Source: Selaginella moellendorffii
Taxonomy: Eukaryota > Plantae > Lycopodiophyta
Assembly (NCBI RefSeq): GCF_000143415.4
Contig: NW_003314305.1
Coordinates: 1,274,834-1,338,833 of the forward strand
DNA length: 64,000 nt
Direction: 5' to 3'
Position 1 is the stretch's first letter, and each line of letters starts with the position of its first letter. The notes under the pieces are model-generated. The model ran no database searches and was not told the DNA's origin. It was given only the letters and a program-made list of their open reading frames with translations. Position numbers and translations under genes: made by a program. Positions 1 through 16,809 of the stretch are shown here, one piece after another.

Positions 1-1888
<1,888 letters not shown>

Positions 1889-1992
1889 ACAAACGCCGAA
1901 AGCTTTCTCAAGTCTAAAGCGTGTAAGTATTCCAAAGACCAATCAAGTTCTTTGATAGAGCTACTATTCATTTTACAGGAATTGCGAAACAC

Positions 1993-2960
1993 TTACACGC
2001 TTTTTCGCGATGGAAAAGGTTGGATGACTTCCAACTTCATGCACAGATCCAAAGCCAGGGCAGCAGCCAAGAACATCACCACGCTTTGCCCGACGAAAAG
2101 AGCTACGGCTTGATACTCCAAAGCCGTCCAAGAACCGGGTAAAACTTGCGTACTCTCGAGTTGTCCAAGAACTACACTAACAAGCCATCGTTTTAGATCG
2201 AACACTTGAAAGAAGAAGAAAAAAACCAAACTTTTACCTCGAACGAGAGCAAATCCTGCCGCGGCTCCGCTCTTGAGCTGGATGTTTCCAAGGTCTCTTC
2301 GAACGATGTAGCGATACGTGACTCCAAACACCGCACAAGTGACGAGAACCAGAGCTTCGCTGATAACCAATCCTGTCACCTCTCGACCGATCAAAGCCAG
2401 CGGCAAGCTCGCAAGAGTTCCAGCCACTGCCGAGACGAGAGCTGCTCGTCCCGATTCCATCCTCTCCACGTCCTCGTCCACGTCCGAAGTTTCCCACTTG
2501 GATCCACCGGCGCGAGCAACGATGAGAGCAATCTCCGCGGCTTTCAGCTCGGCCTGGGCGGAGATCACGTCTTCTTCGCACTGCTCCACCTGGAACATCC
2601 ACAATCCAAAGAATCCATCACTGGAAGAGAGATTATAGAACTTACAAGACGCTCTTGGGCTTGGAGCTCGGGATCATCCTTCTCCCTCGCCACATTGCCG
2701 GCCAGATTCTCCATCTCGCGCTTGGCGGCATCCAGGCGCCGAGCAGCCGCGGACAAATCCCGGAGCAGCGCCTTGGATTCCTCATCGCCGAAAAGCTTGT
2801 CGAGCTCCTCCGACATACCTCCTCGCAGGATTCCATCCTCGCCGCCATCGCCAATCTCCCCCAGCGCTCGAATCCGCCGCGAGGAAGCCCGGCGTCGCCC
2901 TGCATTGCCGGCGCAAAATGGAGAGGAAGAACAAGGGCAACAGAAAACCCTCGCGGCCAT
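1993..2960 (-). CDS. Conserved uncharacterised, probably plastid, membrane protein (coiled coil plus TM helices; resembles AT4G24090-type proteins)
   Basis: ATG at 2960 with a transit-peptide-like N-terminus; hydrophobic C-terminal part with FGVTYRYIVRRDLGNIQLKSG; two short introns link the ORF pieces. Confidence 0.75.
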
Positions 2961-5768
2961 ATCCTCCACGCGGCCATATTCGACACGTGTCAGTCTTTCA
3001 AACCGCCAAGTCGCAACGCATCGCAGCCGTCGGATGCGTCCTACGTGGAATAAGGAAGCCTGACCGTCGCGCCTTTGGTTGTAACACACCGTCTCCTTGA
3101 TTCAAGGGGGCTCACACCACGATACAATGTATGATAGGCCCTGATGTTACAAATATACATATTTTTATGGCCTATGATCTATCTGCAATAAAATAAATGG
3201 AGGTACATGGTTTGGAATTTGAGAACCATGTGGGGCTTGAGACCAACCATGTGGAACAATTATTAAGTGTAGAGCAAATGCCTCAATGCCAGTGTTACAA
3301 TATGGAATCAACATCGTTGCTCCATTGTCCATGCCGTGCGCTTGCCATTTCTTAATGATGATAATATAGCTTTAAATAGTTTAGATAATAGTATTAGTAA
3401 TAATAATGCACCATTTTTTAATCCCATGTTCTTTCTCTCTCCGTTGTTTGTCGCCATTTTTTAATCCCCGACTCCATACTGACCTGGATGGATTTGCTCG
3501 GCCGCGTTGTTAACAATTGATTCCAGAAAACATGTGATTGACTTTGTGGCCGGTTCCATTAGAAAACGCTATTCTAATTAAAATGGTGGTGTTTTCTAGC
3601 CTGGACAAGAAAATAAGCACCGAGCATCGCATTAATTTAGTGTTTGCTTCGTACATCATGCCACTATACGAGTCGGTGCCACTCGAATCGTCCCAAGATC
3701 AACACCACCATCTCCAGAAACACCACGCAGGGTCTATGCATCACTCGAAAGTGATCGCTCCCCTTCGCTCTTTAGGAGAGCCACGATTAATAATTCTTGC
3801 CTGGTGTCCAAAGGATCGAAACAGCCACATTCGCTGTTATTACGTCGTATTATATTGTTAAATCACTTTAAAATTCAATATTAATTATTATAAGATAGTA
3901 TAATCAATGTTTAAAGTGAGAACCAAGTTGAGCTAATCCATCACGCTATGCCCCACATGTTCTCGACAGAATGATCGACAGCTCAATGCTAACACTTGGG
4001 TCGGATGCTCGGCATCTTTGCATTAGTGATTTGTGACACGAAACCAAGTACTTTCGGGCCAAGCGGAATGCATACTTGCAAGCTCTATAAAGGAGCTTGG
4101 TTTATTTTTTTCTAAGGAAGAAAAGAAGAATCCAATTTTTTTTTCAGGTTTTGAACGAGTTCTTTGTCCAAGGCTTTTGTTCTTGGGCCAAGCCAAAATG
4201 AGCGATAGATTCTAGCTGGGATGGATTATAGTTTTGTATGTGCTCGGCTTTGTTAATGCCCCATGGCCCCATATTCCTTCGTAAGTTCCAGTTTTGAGTT
4301 GCGAGCAAACGCAATCTAGAGATACATTACAAGTTGACTAGTTTTTTTTCTTCTAAATTGTTCTTTTTCGAGAGTATAGAGAACCTTGTGAAATGTTTGA
4401 AGCTGATTCAAGCAAGTTATCATTGGAACTTCATACTAGGAAACATTGTCTTTCTCCACCCTCCAATGTTTTATCCTGGATTATTACTCATTGCTAGAAT
4501 TTTTTTGACCTTATAAGAGTGGGTTAAAGAAACCACTTTGAATATTTCTTTGCCAAAAGTCTAGACTAGATTTTTAGATCTAAGTTATCTTCGTATTCTT
4601 GCTCCACTTCACTCCATTTTCTTGGGTTTGATGCTACTCTTTCAATCAATCAAACAACTTCCACGATTTTTGTCTCTTCTCACCACAAAAAATTGGATGT
4701 AGAGCAACGTTTAATAAATCTATGGCTTGATCCTGGCTCGCAGAAACATCTGAGAACTTGGATCACCAGAAAAGTACGGTCGGCTGCTTGTATTTTAGAA
4801 CAAGAATATACCTGTATTCTACGCGCACTAACTTCGAGGCCGTCAGTAAAATACCAAGGCGACGTCTCGAAATCGTCGATTTAACGCACGCTTGTCGGGC
4901 TGCGGCCGACCAGATTCTAACCCCGGCCAATCTAACTTTGTACATTTACTTTCACCTTTTACCCAAGGTACGACTACGCCAACTTGTCGTCATATACGAG
5001 CAATGATAGCCGTCGGATCGCGAGGACTACGTGGTCGCAGTGGAGGCCTTGGGATCTGCCAACCATTATTGTCGCTTCTCTGATAATTTGGAAAACAACT
5101 ATTCATATAAAAAAGTTCAAAATTTTTCAAAATAATAATGCTTTTGTAGCAATTTGATCGTATCCATCCCACTGGCTGTGCTATGGGCCACAGTATCTCT
5201 CTGAAAGCTTACAAGCCACCAATTCTTTCCATCGCTTCATATATTCAATGTGTTGGATTTGAGAAGGTTTGTTCGTTGGTTGCTGCCACCAGTCCTTTCA
5301 AATCCAGCAAAAAGTGGCCGGTCAAAGATGGTCAAGGACCGGTCAAAACCCCCACATTCTTGGGTCAGACTGGTCAGCTAACCATCTCTTCATCCCAAAT
5401 CCCATCCATTCCAAACACACACACAACTCTCATTCATCCCAAAGCCTCTGCTCCACCCACCACAATTCTGGGTCACCAAAATTTCACAAATCCCCACAAG
5501 CCTCTCACCATCACCATTGAAACCATGTTTCCAAAAGAAAAAGGAAAAAGAGAAAAAAAGTTTCAAGGAAAACCATTTTTCCAAAAAATATTATATATAT
5601 TTCAAGAGCCCACCACCTCACTTCCCTCCTCATCTGCTGTGCACACCACTTTGTTTACTCTTATTTTTTTCTTCTCTCTCTCACAAACAAAAGCCTGTTT
5701 GCTCTCATCTTTGCTCATTGTATTCTCCACAAATCGAAGAGAAAGAGGAGGCTGATTTTGGCTAAGTT

Positions 5769-5780
5769 GCAGGAGCAGCA

Positions 5781-5814
<34 letters not shown>
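5769..5814 (+). repeat. (CAG)n microsatellite upstream of the AHL gene
   Basis: Run of cag/gag triplets read directly. Confidence 0.9.
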
Positions 5815-5818
<4 letters not shown>

Positions 5819-6849
5819 CTGTTTTGGGTGTGCACTTAAACGTTTATCTCACTTTTTTTTCCTCATTTTTCCTTTTTTTTGCTTTCTTTCTTTCTCTACC
5901 TGGCCACAAGGTACTTTAACAAGACTTTTGTACAAGGATTTCCTTCTGATAATTCAGCTCCTGAGCAGTAACAGGAGCTCAGGAGAGCAGCGGCAGTAGC
6001 AGCTTTGAGTGCTTGGGTTGTCTCGCCGTGACGACGAAGCAGTCAATTCCCCCTCCATTCAATCATCCAATCAGAGGGTCGACTTGTCAATGATCATAGC
6101 TGCTGAACTCTCCCTCTCGCCCCCACGAACACACACGCGCTCTTCTTTTTAATCACCCCGGATCGTTTTTTCTTTTCTCGCTCCGCTCGCTTTGTTTTAC
6201 TAAACTCCCCCTCTCCGGCATTGCTAGATTTCTCTTCTTCTTCTTTGATCCAATCCATACATCCTTTGCTAGCTTTCCAGTGGAAGCTCGAACAATACCA
6301 AAAGTTTGATCTTCCCCATCCTGGCGCGCCAAGTGTACCATCAAATCCAGGAGACCATCATTTGATCTTGCTCGCAAGGAGAGAGAAACCAGCACAAAAG
6401 CGAGAAAAAGGAGGGTTTTTGATCCATCACAACGCAATGGTCGTCGCGTCCTCGAGCTTATCCCCAAAAGATCGAGCGGTGGGCTCTCTTCTTGAATGAA
6501 GGCCAGTGACAGGAGGAAGAATCTTTCCAAGGTTTGGTTTTTGTCCCGACTGGACATCACACTTCTCTCTCCCCTCTACGTCCTCTCTTTCTCCTCTCTA
6601 GATAGAGCTCTCTCAAGAACTGGATTGGATCCAAGCACAAGAACGTCACCGAGCCTCCAGTGCTAGCGAGGGCCGCATCTTCTGTACAGTCTAGTGGGTT
6701 TCCTTCCTTGCCACAGTGTGGTGGAGCGATCTTAGGATCCAAATGCGCGGCTATGGAGCTTGAGAAGAAGACTCACAAAGCATAAGCTTCTTGGATCAAG
6801 TAAGCATAGCTCAAGCGTTAAGTGATCTTCCGCGAAGCAGAAAGTTTCC

Positions 6850-6920
6850 ATGGCTGGAATTCCAGGATCTTTCCAGCACCAGCTCCAGCTCCTCCACCAG
6901 CAGCAGCAACAGCAACAGCA

Positions 6921-6953
<33 letters not shown>

Positions 6954-7905
6954 TCACCAACACCATCACCTCGGCGGCGGCGGCCACTCGAACGACGACG
7001 ACGAGAATCACTCGAACAACAGCAGCGGGGGCAGCAAAGGCGGTGGCGGAGTCGTGGGTGGAGGAGGACGGATCAACAACAACAACAGCAACTCCAAAGG
7101 AATTAACAACAACAACAACAACGCCGCGCTCCTCCAGGCCGGCTCTTCCTCCTCCTCGCTGCTGCTCAAAGATCACAGCCACAGCGGCGGTGGTGGCGGC
7201 GGCGGCGGCGGCGCAGGCGGCGTTGGTGGCGGCGAGGTGGTAGTCCGCAAGCCGCGCGGACGACCGCCGGGCTCCAAGAACAAGCCCAAGCCGCCCATCA
7301 TCATTACGCGCGACTCGGGCAACGCGATGCGCCCCCACGTCCTGGAGATCGCCGGCGGCTGTGACGTGGGCGAGACGCTGGCGGCATTCGCGCGACGCCG
7401 GGCTCGCGGGCTGTGCGTACTGGGCGGTAGCGGTACCGTGGCCAACGTGACGCTGCGGCAGCTGGCGGCGCCGGGATCCACTGTCACCTTTCACGGTAGA
7501 TTCGAGATTCTTAGCATATCCGGTGCCTTTTTACCGCCGCCAGCCCCGGTCGCGGTCGCGGGGCTGACGGTGGCACTGGCCGGGGCGCAACAGGGGCAGG
7601 TCTTAGGGGGCAGCGTGGTCGGGGTGCTCATGGCGGCTAGCCCGGTACTAGTTATCGCCGCGTCATTTGTAGGGGCGACGTACGATCGGCTGCCATTGGA
7701 TGAGAGCCTCGAGACAGGTGGCGAGAATCCGGGCGTCCAAGGGAACCACCACCTTGTGAATGTGTCGCCCGGTGGGGCTGGGGGAGGCTCAGGTGGGGCG
7801 AGCCAGCAGGAGATGGCCTTGTTAAACCTGGCACAGAATTCACTGGGGCAGTTGCCACCTGAGGTCTTGGCCTGGGCAGCAGCTGGGAATAGGCCACCAT
7901 TTTGA
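6850..7905 (+). CDS. AHL: AT-hook motif nuclear-localized protein (intronless clade-A type, PPC/DUF296 domain) with poly-Q/N/G N-terminus
   Basis: AT-hook [17 protein letters not shown]; PPC signature [26 protein letters not shown]; 351-aa ORF. Confidence 0.95.
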
Positions 7906-8294
7906 TGAATCTCTCTTTTTTTTTCCTTCTTTTTCTCCTTTTTTTCCTGCTTTGTTTGTTGTCCAAGTTCCTTCGAGAGGGAATGTCCAGGGTTTTTTTT
8001 GCTGCTGCTGGAGGAGTGAGTTCTTTCCTTTCCCAAGTTCTTGGAGGGGCAAAATCTCATCTTTGAGACCTATCAAGGTGAGAGAGATCACAGAGAGACA
8101 AGACAACAAAAAACTTTCCAAGATCTTCTACTTGTTCTCTTTCTTCTAACTTAGCATATAAGAGTGAGCCCACAGGTATGGGATCTCACCAAAGTAAAAT
8201 TATTTCTCTTTCTTCTTCTTCTTGGTTTTCCTTGGGACTGTATAACATCAATTTGACATTCTTTTCTCTCCTAATATTATTAATATCATCATCA

Positions 8295-8319
8295 ATAATA
8301 ATAATAATAATAATAATAA
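8295..8319 (+). repeat. (AAT)n microsatellite
   Basis: aataataata... run. Confidence 0.85.
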
Positions 8320-8509
8320 CGAATTTTGTTGCTTTTGACTTAAAGCTGTTATAAATTTTAATTTTAATTTTAAATTTAAGAACCAGTTCCACAAACATTG
8401 GATCGAATGATTCAATCAAATATCGACTAAACTAAAAACGTTCGCCGAATGAAAAACGCATAAATCGCGACTACCAAAACTGTCTCTAGAAGAAACAAAT
8501 AAAAATGTT

Positions 8510-9248
8510 CTATATCTGCGGTAGATTCGTAGATCGAAGAAACTGCTTCAAGACCTTTTTATCGTCGTCGATCCGGGCCTTTTCGATGGAATTCGCGGGC
8601 TTGATCTTCCTCTTCTCGTCGAGCATCCACTGGAAAAGCTGGCGCTGCTCGTTGGCCGTGACTTTCCTGTGAGGAACTCGCGCGGGAGGAGCTTGGGCCG
8701 GCGGCGGCGACTCTGCGGCGTCCTTTTTCTGCGCACGCTGCTTCTTGCTCGATTTTGGTGTAGTCTTCGCAATTAAATAGCCTGGGCCAACGAAGAACAA
8801 AAAAAAAAACCAAGTGTAAGTCATCAAACTCTTTTTTTGTTCTTCACCTTTGCTGCCTCTCGATTCACGAGAAGAGTCAACAAGAATGAAGAACCAGGGA
8901 GATTTTTACGTACCACCAATGCAGACATTGATCACGAGGAAGACGCCCACAAAGCCTCGCAATTTGAGGAGAAGCGATTGCTTTGGCACCACCACTTCCT
9001 CTCGCCGTGGCTCAGCCCACTTGCCTGGAGCAAAGCACAAGTACTAAATCAATGCAAGGGCCCTCTATCTCTCCCTATTCCCTCTCTCTCCCTCTCTCCC
9101 TCGCTCGCTCCAGATTACGAGAAATCTTCGAGAAAAATCGCGCAAATAGGAGCGAGATCGATCAGAGAAGTAGCGCGTACTCACTCTTGGGTGCTGGAGC
9201 TGATCGAGGACCCAACGCGATACTCCGCAAGCGCTCCAAAGCTTTCAT
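8510..9248 (-). CDS. Small single-TM conserved plant protein (AT1G55160-like), 3 exons
   Basis: ATG at 9248 and phase-compatible GT-AG introns; TM segment FVGVFLVINVCIGGYL; C-terminal motif EQRQLFQWMLDEKRKIKP...IDDDKKVLKQF. Confidence 0.75.
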
Positions 9249-9395
9249 CACGATCCAACACGACGATGCCACTTTAGGGCAAGAATGAACATCCCTTCGA
9301 ATATCCTTAAGTATATGCTTATAAAGATCCCACCGCATATTCTAATTTTATTCCAAAATTGTCTCCTCGAGAAGAAAAAAAAAAGCCTTCTTCCA

Positions 9396-10865
9396 TCACA
9401 CCACGAAGATAAGCTCTCGCCACAGACCCGATGCCTTGTATGGAATCGCCGACACAATTTTCTTCCCTTCCATGAGTGGAATCTCGTCGGGCTGTGGGAG
9501 TTTCTCTCGCCAGATGAAATCGTTTTCGTGCTCGCATTTTCGCAGCATCTCGTTCAGTGCTGTGATCTCTGCCTTGAACACCAGCTTGGACGTACCATCC
9601 CCTGGAACAAGGAAAAGTAATTCGCTTTCATGAGATTGATTGATCCAAGAGTGATCCAATCCAAACCTGGAGGCTTGGCAAGGTGTGCTTTCCTCGACAC
9701 CAGACGGAGAATCCCCGCGGCCATGCCCAGCCGCTCGATCTTCTTAAACTCTTCCGCGATGAGTCGCCGGCATCTCGCCTCGTGGAGAACACTGGAAGCA
9801 GTCATGAACCTCTAGAATGAATCTATCTCCGTTAGCCTTTCACAGTGAAACTAGAAAAAGGAAAGAAAAACTCACCTTTAGCTTGTCTGAGATGTCAATC
9901 CAGTCAGTGGAGCTAGCTTGCAATAGATTGATGGCTTCCTCGAGAAACATCACGACGCCATAGTGGAGTTTCGCGACGAGGCTCCCGCTCGTCATGTTCT
10001 GCTCGGCTTTACGAACGGTGACGGCCTGAAAAAGATGGTTACACAAAGAAGGTGAGAATAATTGCTTCGTACCTGCGCCTCAGCCAAACAAACAAGACTC
10101 ATTGCCGTTGCCATTGACGAAGTAAGCTCGGGAGATTTGTCCAATGATAGTAACGTTTGCAATCCTGGAAGCAAATCCTGGGACAAGTGATGATACACAC
10201 CGGACGCTCTACGGAAAAGCATTGCGGACTCGACTAAATCTGGCAAAACGACAGTCAAAATCAATCAGGCTATCAACAAGGAAATCTTACCGGTCGCAAG
10301 CAACTCCATGGCTCTTTCTCTTAACAACGCCGCATAAAGAGAGAGCATCATTGCTAGCTCGAAACGTAGATCGTCAATCCGGCAGTACTTCGGCCCTCCC
10401 AAGCCATGGCCGGAAGGGCCACACAAAGCACTCGTCCACCGAAGTTTCAAGTCACTTGTCCACTGCAAGATCTGTAAATTCTGCTGCTGTATCACGTTTG
10501 CCACTAGATTCTCAAGCAGAGGAAGATACTTCTCCAGCTTTTGTAGGTCCTAGAGAAAAACAAAGTGATTCTCAGCAAAGAATCCTCGAAAGCCACATAC
10601 CTGCAAGATGGGAGATGTAACGCCGCCAGCCATCTCTCTCGCAATTGCGGCGGTGAGATTGCTACTTCCATTGATGGATTCTTCAATCGCTTTCCTTTTA
10701 GTGCTGAGATCCTTGAGCTGTTCCAAGGTTCCAGAGTCGCGGGCATAGTACGTAGCCTCAAACACCACCTAGAAACACAGCAAACAAGAGCTTTACGAAC
10801 AGTAAATCAAGAACACCTACTCTCTTTGTCTTGAGCTTTGATGGATCTCGAAAGTGAAGCAGCAT
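9396..10865 (-). CDS. BRO1-like domain endosomal-targeting protein (AT5G14020-like), multi-exon
   Basis: MLLHFRDPSKLKTKR|VVFEATYYARDSGTLEQLKDLS...REMAGG, LRWTSAL, FELAMML, FRRASGVY, CLAEAQ, ENDFIWREK. Confidence 0.85.
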
Positions 10866-10901
10866 CTTTCACCTTCATTTGACACTACACTACCGCGACA
10901 A

Positions 10902-11169
10902 TCAATCGCTCCTCTTGCGCTCACTGGCAGTCTCGAGCATAGACGCGCTCTCCAGGGCCTTGAGCTCCGCAAGATGATCCAGCGCTTCTTGATATTTCGA
11001 TCGCTGCAAGCCAAGAACGTAGAAACAAGAAATCAGCCATGCTGGATCTACCTACATTCGCCCGCCAATCCATCCATACCTTGTACCGCTGCTCCACGAG
11101 CTCCGCGACGTAGAATCCCACGAGCGAGAATCCGACAACGCTGGTGACGAACAGCAGATGACGATTCAT
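10902..11169 (-). CDS. Spliced 63-aa single-TM microprotein or uORF directly upstream of the BRO1-like gene
   Basis: Exon 11169-11080 MNRHLLFVTSVVGFSLVGFYVAELVEQRYK; 76-nt GT-AG intron; exon 11003-10902 RSKYQEALDHLAELKALESASMLETASERKRSD*; telobox-like motifs upstream. Confidence 0.6.
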
Positions 11170-11616
11170 GCCGCCGCGAGTAGCTGAGCCGCCAGAGAGA
11201 AGATCATCCCCGGGCACACGTGCGCGCGCGCTCCAATCTAAACCCTCAGCGCTGCCAAGCGCAAGAACCCTAAAATTCTCCTCTACTTTGACTGACGCGG
11301 GGGCCCTTTTGCATTGGATGCGTCGCGCCTCGCTCTCGAGGAAGCCGCCGCCGACCAATTACGGCCCGCCACGTGGCACCATACGCACCGACATTTCAAC
11401 CCGGCTATATTCTCCTGTACGAACGGTAAGAACGCGACACGCCGTACACCATGTCTGATGTTCTTGGAAGATCTATAAAACGATGTTCTATCAAATTCCA
11501 AGACAATAGATCATAGAATTGCAAACTTCCTACTGAGAAACCACTCGTGAGACAAGAGCGTAGAACCAAAGAACTTTAGTAAGAACACTTGAAACGAAGA
11601 ACTCCATAGCTAGCTT

Positions 11617-13338
<1,722 letters not shown>

Positions 13339-14333
13339 CTAGCTCACAGATCGGGCGCCGAAACACCAAGAACTCCCTCGAGGAAGGGCGTTTGCAAAGA
13401 CGCCGCCAAGAGGGGAGAAGAACCGAGAGAGAAGCGGGAATGGCAAGATAGGGCTTTATTTCAACGGCACAGATGTTATGGCCGTTTCACGATCTGTAAC
13501 GTGGAGGCATCTCAGCCGCTCGACGTGGACGGCTGTCTCAGCACGCTATCTTTAGGTCTTTGCCGTGGTTTCAAAACTCCCGCCAAAAAATATTTCGTCG
13601 CCGCCAAAACCTTGCGAATATTCTCGTGGCAGGGAATATTCCAGAGCTATTGAAGAAATCACATGAGAGAAGCGCGCCTTTTTGCAGGGAGCAAGTGCTT
13701 GAATTGCAATTGCAAGTGCCATGGCAGCGCATTTGCATAGAAGAGGAGGTTGGGACCAATTCCTCCATCCTTCCTAAATTTTAAATTTTTTTTTCAGTTT
13801 CTTTGGTTTGTGTTTTTGTGCAGCATGTGGCAATTTAGAGCAATGTTTCGGTTGCGCCAGGATATTTTTAAAAAAAGAAACAAACCAGAAAAAACATGTG
13901 GACAAATGTAGCTATAAAAGTCCTGTAACTCCAAATCTCTGTTGTGTGAGAGAGGTTTTCCATTTTTTTATGATTATGATGCCTCAAATGATTTGGAGGG
14001 GGTGGAAGACAAAGGCCAACAACAACCAGAAAAAAGAAGGGAAAAAAAGAATGATTTTGTTGCATTCATGGGTATGCCCAGCCACCATTTGCAGAATTCG
14101 CACAATAGCAGTTGAATCGCACCTTTCCTTTCCACAACACCCACCAGCAGAAACCCCACAACTTGTTGGTGATGTTCCCCTGCACTTGTTACAAAAGCTG
14201 CAGCACCCCTCTGACTTGCTGAACAGCCTCCAGAAAAACAAGGAAAAATCAGGGAAGATCAGTTGACCCCATCCCCTCTCTTTATTAAAAAAACAGGAGC
14301 AGCAGCATCACCTTTGCTGAATTCAACTGGATT

Positions 14334-14450
14334 TCAACTGGTAATCTCATACTTGGGATCTGCCACTACATAGTGATATGCCACCACCAGCACAAAAATG
14401 CATATTCCCAGGAAGTTTGCAAAGAAGCCCAGATCCTGATCATCAATCAT
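14334..14450 (-). CDS. OST4: Oligosaccharyltransferase subunit 4 (38-aa microprotein)
   Basis: [35 protein letters not shown] matches plant OST4; ATG follows a 5'UTR intron acceptor. Confidence 0.92.
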   Translation of the reverse strand: MIDDQDLGFFANFLGICIFVLVVAYHYVVADPKYEITS

Positions 14451-15632
14451 CTGCAAAACAAAGCCCAAATTTTTTTTTACCGCTGCTAGATGTAGATCCA
14501 GAATCTCGTGGCGCCCAGATGGAGAGTGGGCTCTAGCAAAAACGACGGGCATCATACCTTTCCGGATGGACCAAACCCCGCCCCTTGCGAATAAAGCCCT
14601 AGGCAGCTGCGAGCGAATTAGGGCTCCTCATGTGCTGTTTTCTGACCGTCCACGTGGATGGTCCCGATCTCCCGAGCAAGGCAATTGAAGAACGCATGTA
14701 CCATCTCTTGGTCTTTTGCGCTTTCTTGTTTGTTTTCGCTGCTTCCGAGACAAGCAATGTTTATGGGCGCTGGCTGAGAATCCAGGTATCGTGTTTGTGA
14801 ACAGTGTCGGGTCCGAAAGTTTTTTCTCGCCAAATATCTGAAGACCAACTTTGTTTTTCGCTCCTCGTCTGTTGCTCTTGTAAGCCTTCTGTCGCGGAGG
14901 CCTTAATTCCATGTGATCCTGTCGTGTCGTTGCCAAGATGTTCTCCCCGAGAAATCAGACAGAGTGTGCTCCAATTGAATGCACCTGGTTGCAGCACCGT
15001 ATCGTTTTTTGGACATCTGATGGGTGTTTGGCCTACACAAGTCTAATCCCGAAATGGGGTATACTAGACTAGACGTAGCCTTTACACAAGCAAAGCACGC
15101 GAAATGGACCATGCCCATGGAAGATCTTTCTGTTTTTTGTTTCTCGAGAATTGATAATGTTATCCGGTTCATATGGGTTCATCCGGTTCATAACTTCCGA
15201 CGTAAGTTACAGCGGCGGGAATGTTTCTTTCTTGTTCTTGCTTATAGAATATGACTCTTCCTTATTTATTAATTGGGAACCAGATGCTCTCAGTCAAACG
15301 TTCAGTCTCATTTTGTGTTCTCCCACTTTAAAAAAGACCTATTAATATATATAATTATTGATTTGCTAGGATATCGGGAAATAAGAAAATATAAAGAAAG
15401 GAAAAGAGAATGTTTAGTCCGACTTACGTGGTTTTGCACCTCGCGGCCTCTGACAAGATTGGCAGCATGTACGAACAACTCAGAAGACAGTAATGTGTTC
15501 CTCCGTAAAAAAAGCAGAAAAGGAAAAAAAAAAAGGAAAGCTAGAAAAAAAAGATAACAAATTTAGAACAGCTTGCAAAGTTCGAGTCTGACACGAATGT
15601 ATACGCACTATATCGAACTGAGGAGAAGACGA

Positions 15633-15664
15633 AAGAAGAAGAAGAAGAAGAAGAAGAAGAAGAA
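15633..15664 (+). repeat. (GAA)n microsatellite
   Basis: Direct reading. Confidence 0.85.
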
Positions 15665-16809
15665 AAAGCAAAATGTGATGAGTCTAAAAACTGTCTCTCG
15701 TCCCCCATGCCAGGCCACATGAGAGCTGTAAATTGTGCTCACATCGCCAGCACCCCCTTCACTCCCGGGTAGCAATCGCTCGCCAAAGCGATTGAAACCT
15801 CCCCGCGTCTACAGATATGGGAGGAGGAACCAAATGCAAATTGCCCGATGGTGACAACCAAATCATCTTGCAAATCCATATCATATTATATGATATCAAC
15901 CAGCTCTCCCTATGGTTAAGCGGTCTCTTCACACCATACTTTCCCACGGGTTTAGCGTTAAGTTCGCAACACAATCCGACCGACACCCCCGGCCATATTG
16001 GCCCCCCCAGTTTGAGCAAGTCAATACATTCGGGCATTGCCAAGATCATGAAAGGTGGTGGTTGAGAGATGGAAGCATGTCCCCCTCCACAGTTAATATT
16101 TCTAGTTTTTTTCCATCCTTCCATTTTTTTCCGTCGGGACTTGTAGGGCTTACGCACGTCCCAAAGCCCTCCTGTTCTGTATATAAGAAGTACACACACA
16201 GTGCCATTCCAAAAATACACAGTGCTACTACTACTACTACTACTACCACCACTACTACAAAGGGAGAGTGCGAGAGTGCGAGAGAAGCTCAGCGAAGCGA
16301 GTGAGAAAAGTAGCTCACCTTTTGTTCGCTCGTCAATCTTCTCGCCGGCACTGCTGCTGCTTGCTTGGGCCCAAATCTCTCCTCTTTGTCTTTGTTTTGT
16401 CTTCCTCGGTGGCGTTTGCTTTGCATCATTGCGGAAACACCAGCCGGAATCTACAGTTCAACGAAAACCAAGTCAAGCACAATCTTTCTTCTCGAAACAC
16501 GGCACTGGCTGCGCTAGCAAGCAAGCCTAGTGGCCATTCGTTTACCTGTCTCGCATTCCTTCGTTGCGCATTCGTTCCATCTTGTCGGGCGGCTCCAAAG
16601 CATCTCTCACAGCTCGTAAATTCTTTGTTTTTCCACTTCTCGCTCGTGTGGTTTGTCCTGAAGCAGCTTAAAAAGCCATCACTCTGTTTCGGAGGAATCG
16701 CTTCCCTGCAGTCGCTCAATCAGTAAGGCCGAGAGAACAAAAAAAAGAAAAAAAAGAATAGAAAAAAAGCTTGCAAATACTTACCGAGAGAGAAAGAGAG
16801 CGATCGAAG

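Noticed and set aside
2206-3063. 285-aa plus-strand ORF and similar long antisense ORFs (6811-7494, 44719-45315, 58425-59078)
   Set aside because: Shadows of GC-rich coding sequence on the opposite strand
13571-14241. Cys-rich short ORFs as metallothionein or defensin-like peptides
   Set aside because: No proper ATG or signal peptide and no recognisable Cys spacing; probably OST4 3' flank and tubulin promoter
16280-16345. Hairpin upstream of the OMT as a miRNA precursor
   Set aside because: The stem is short (~14 bp with wobbles and a bulge) and I recognise no known miRNA sequence
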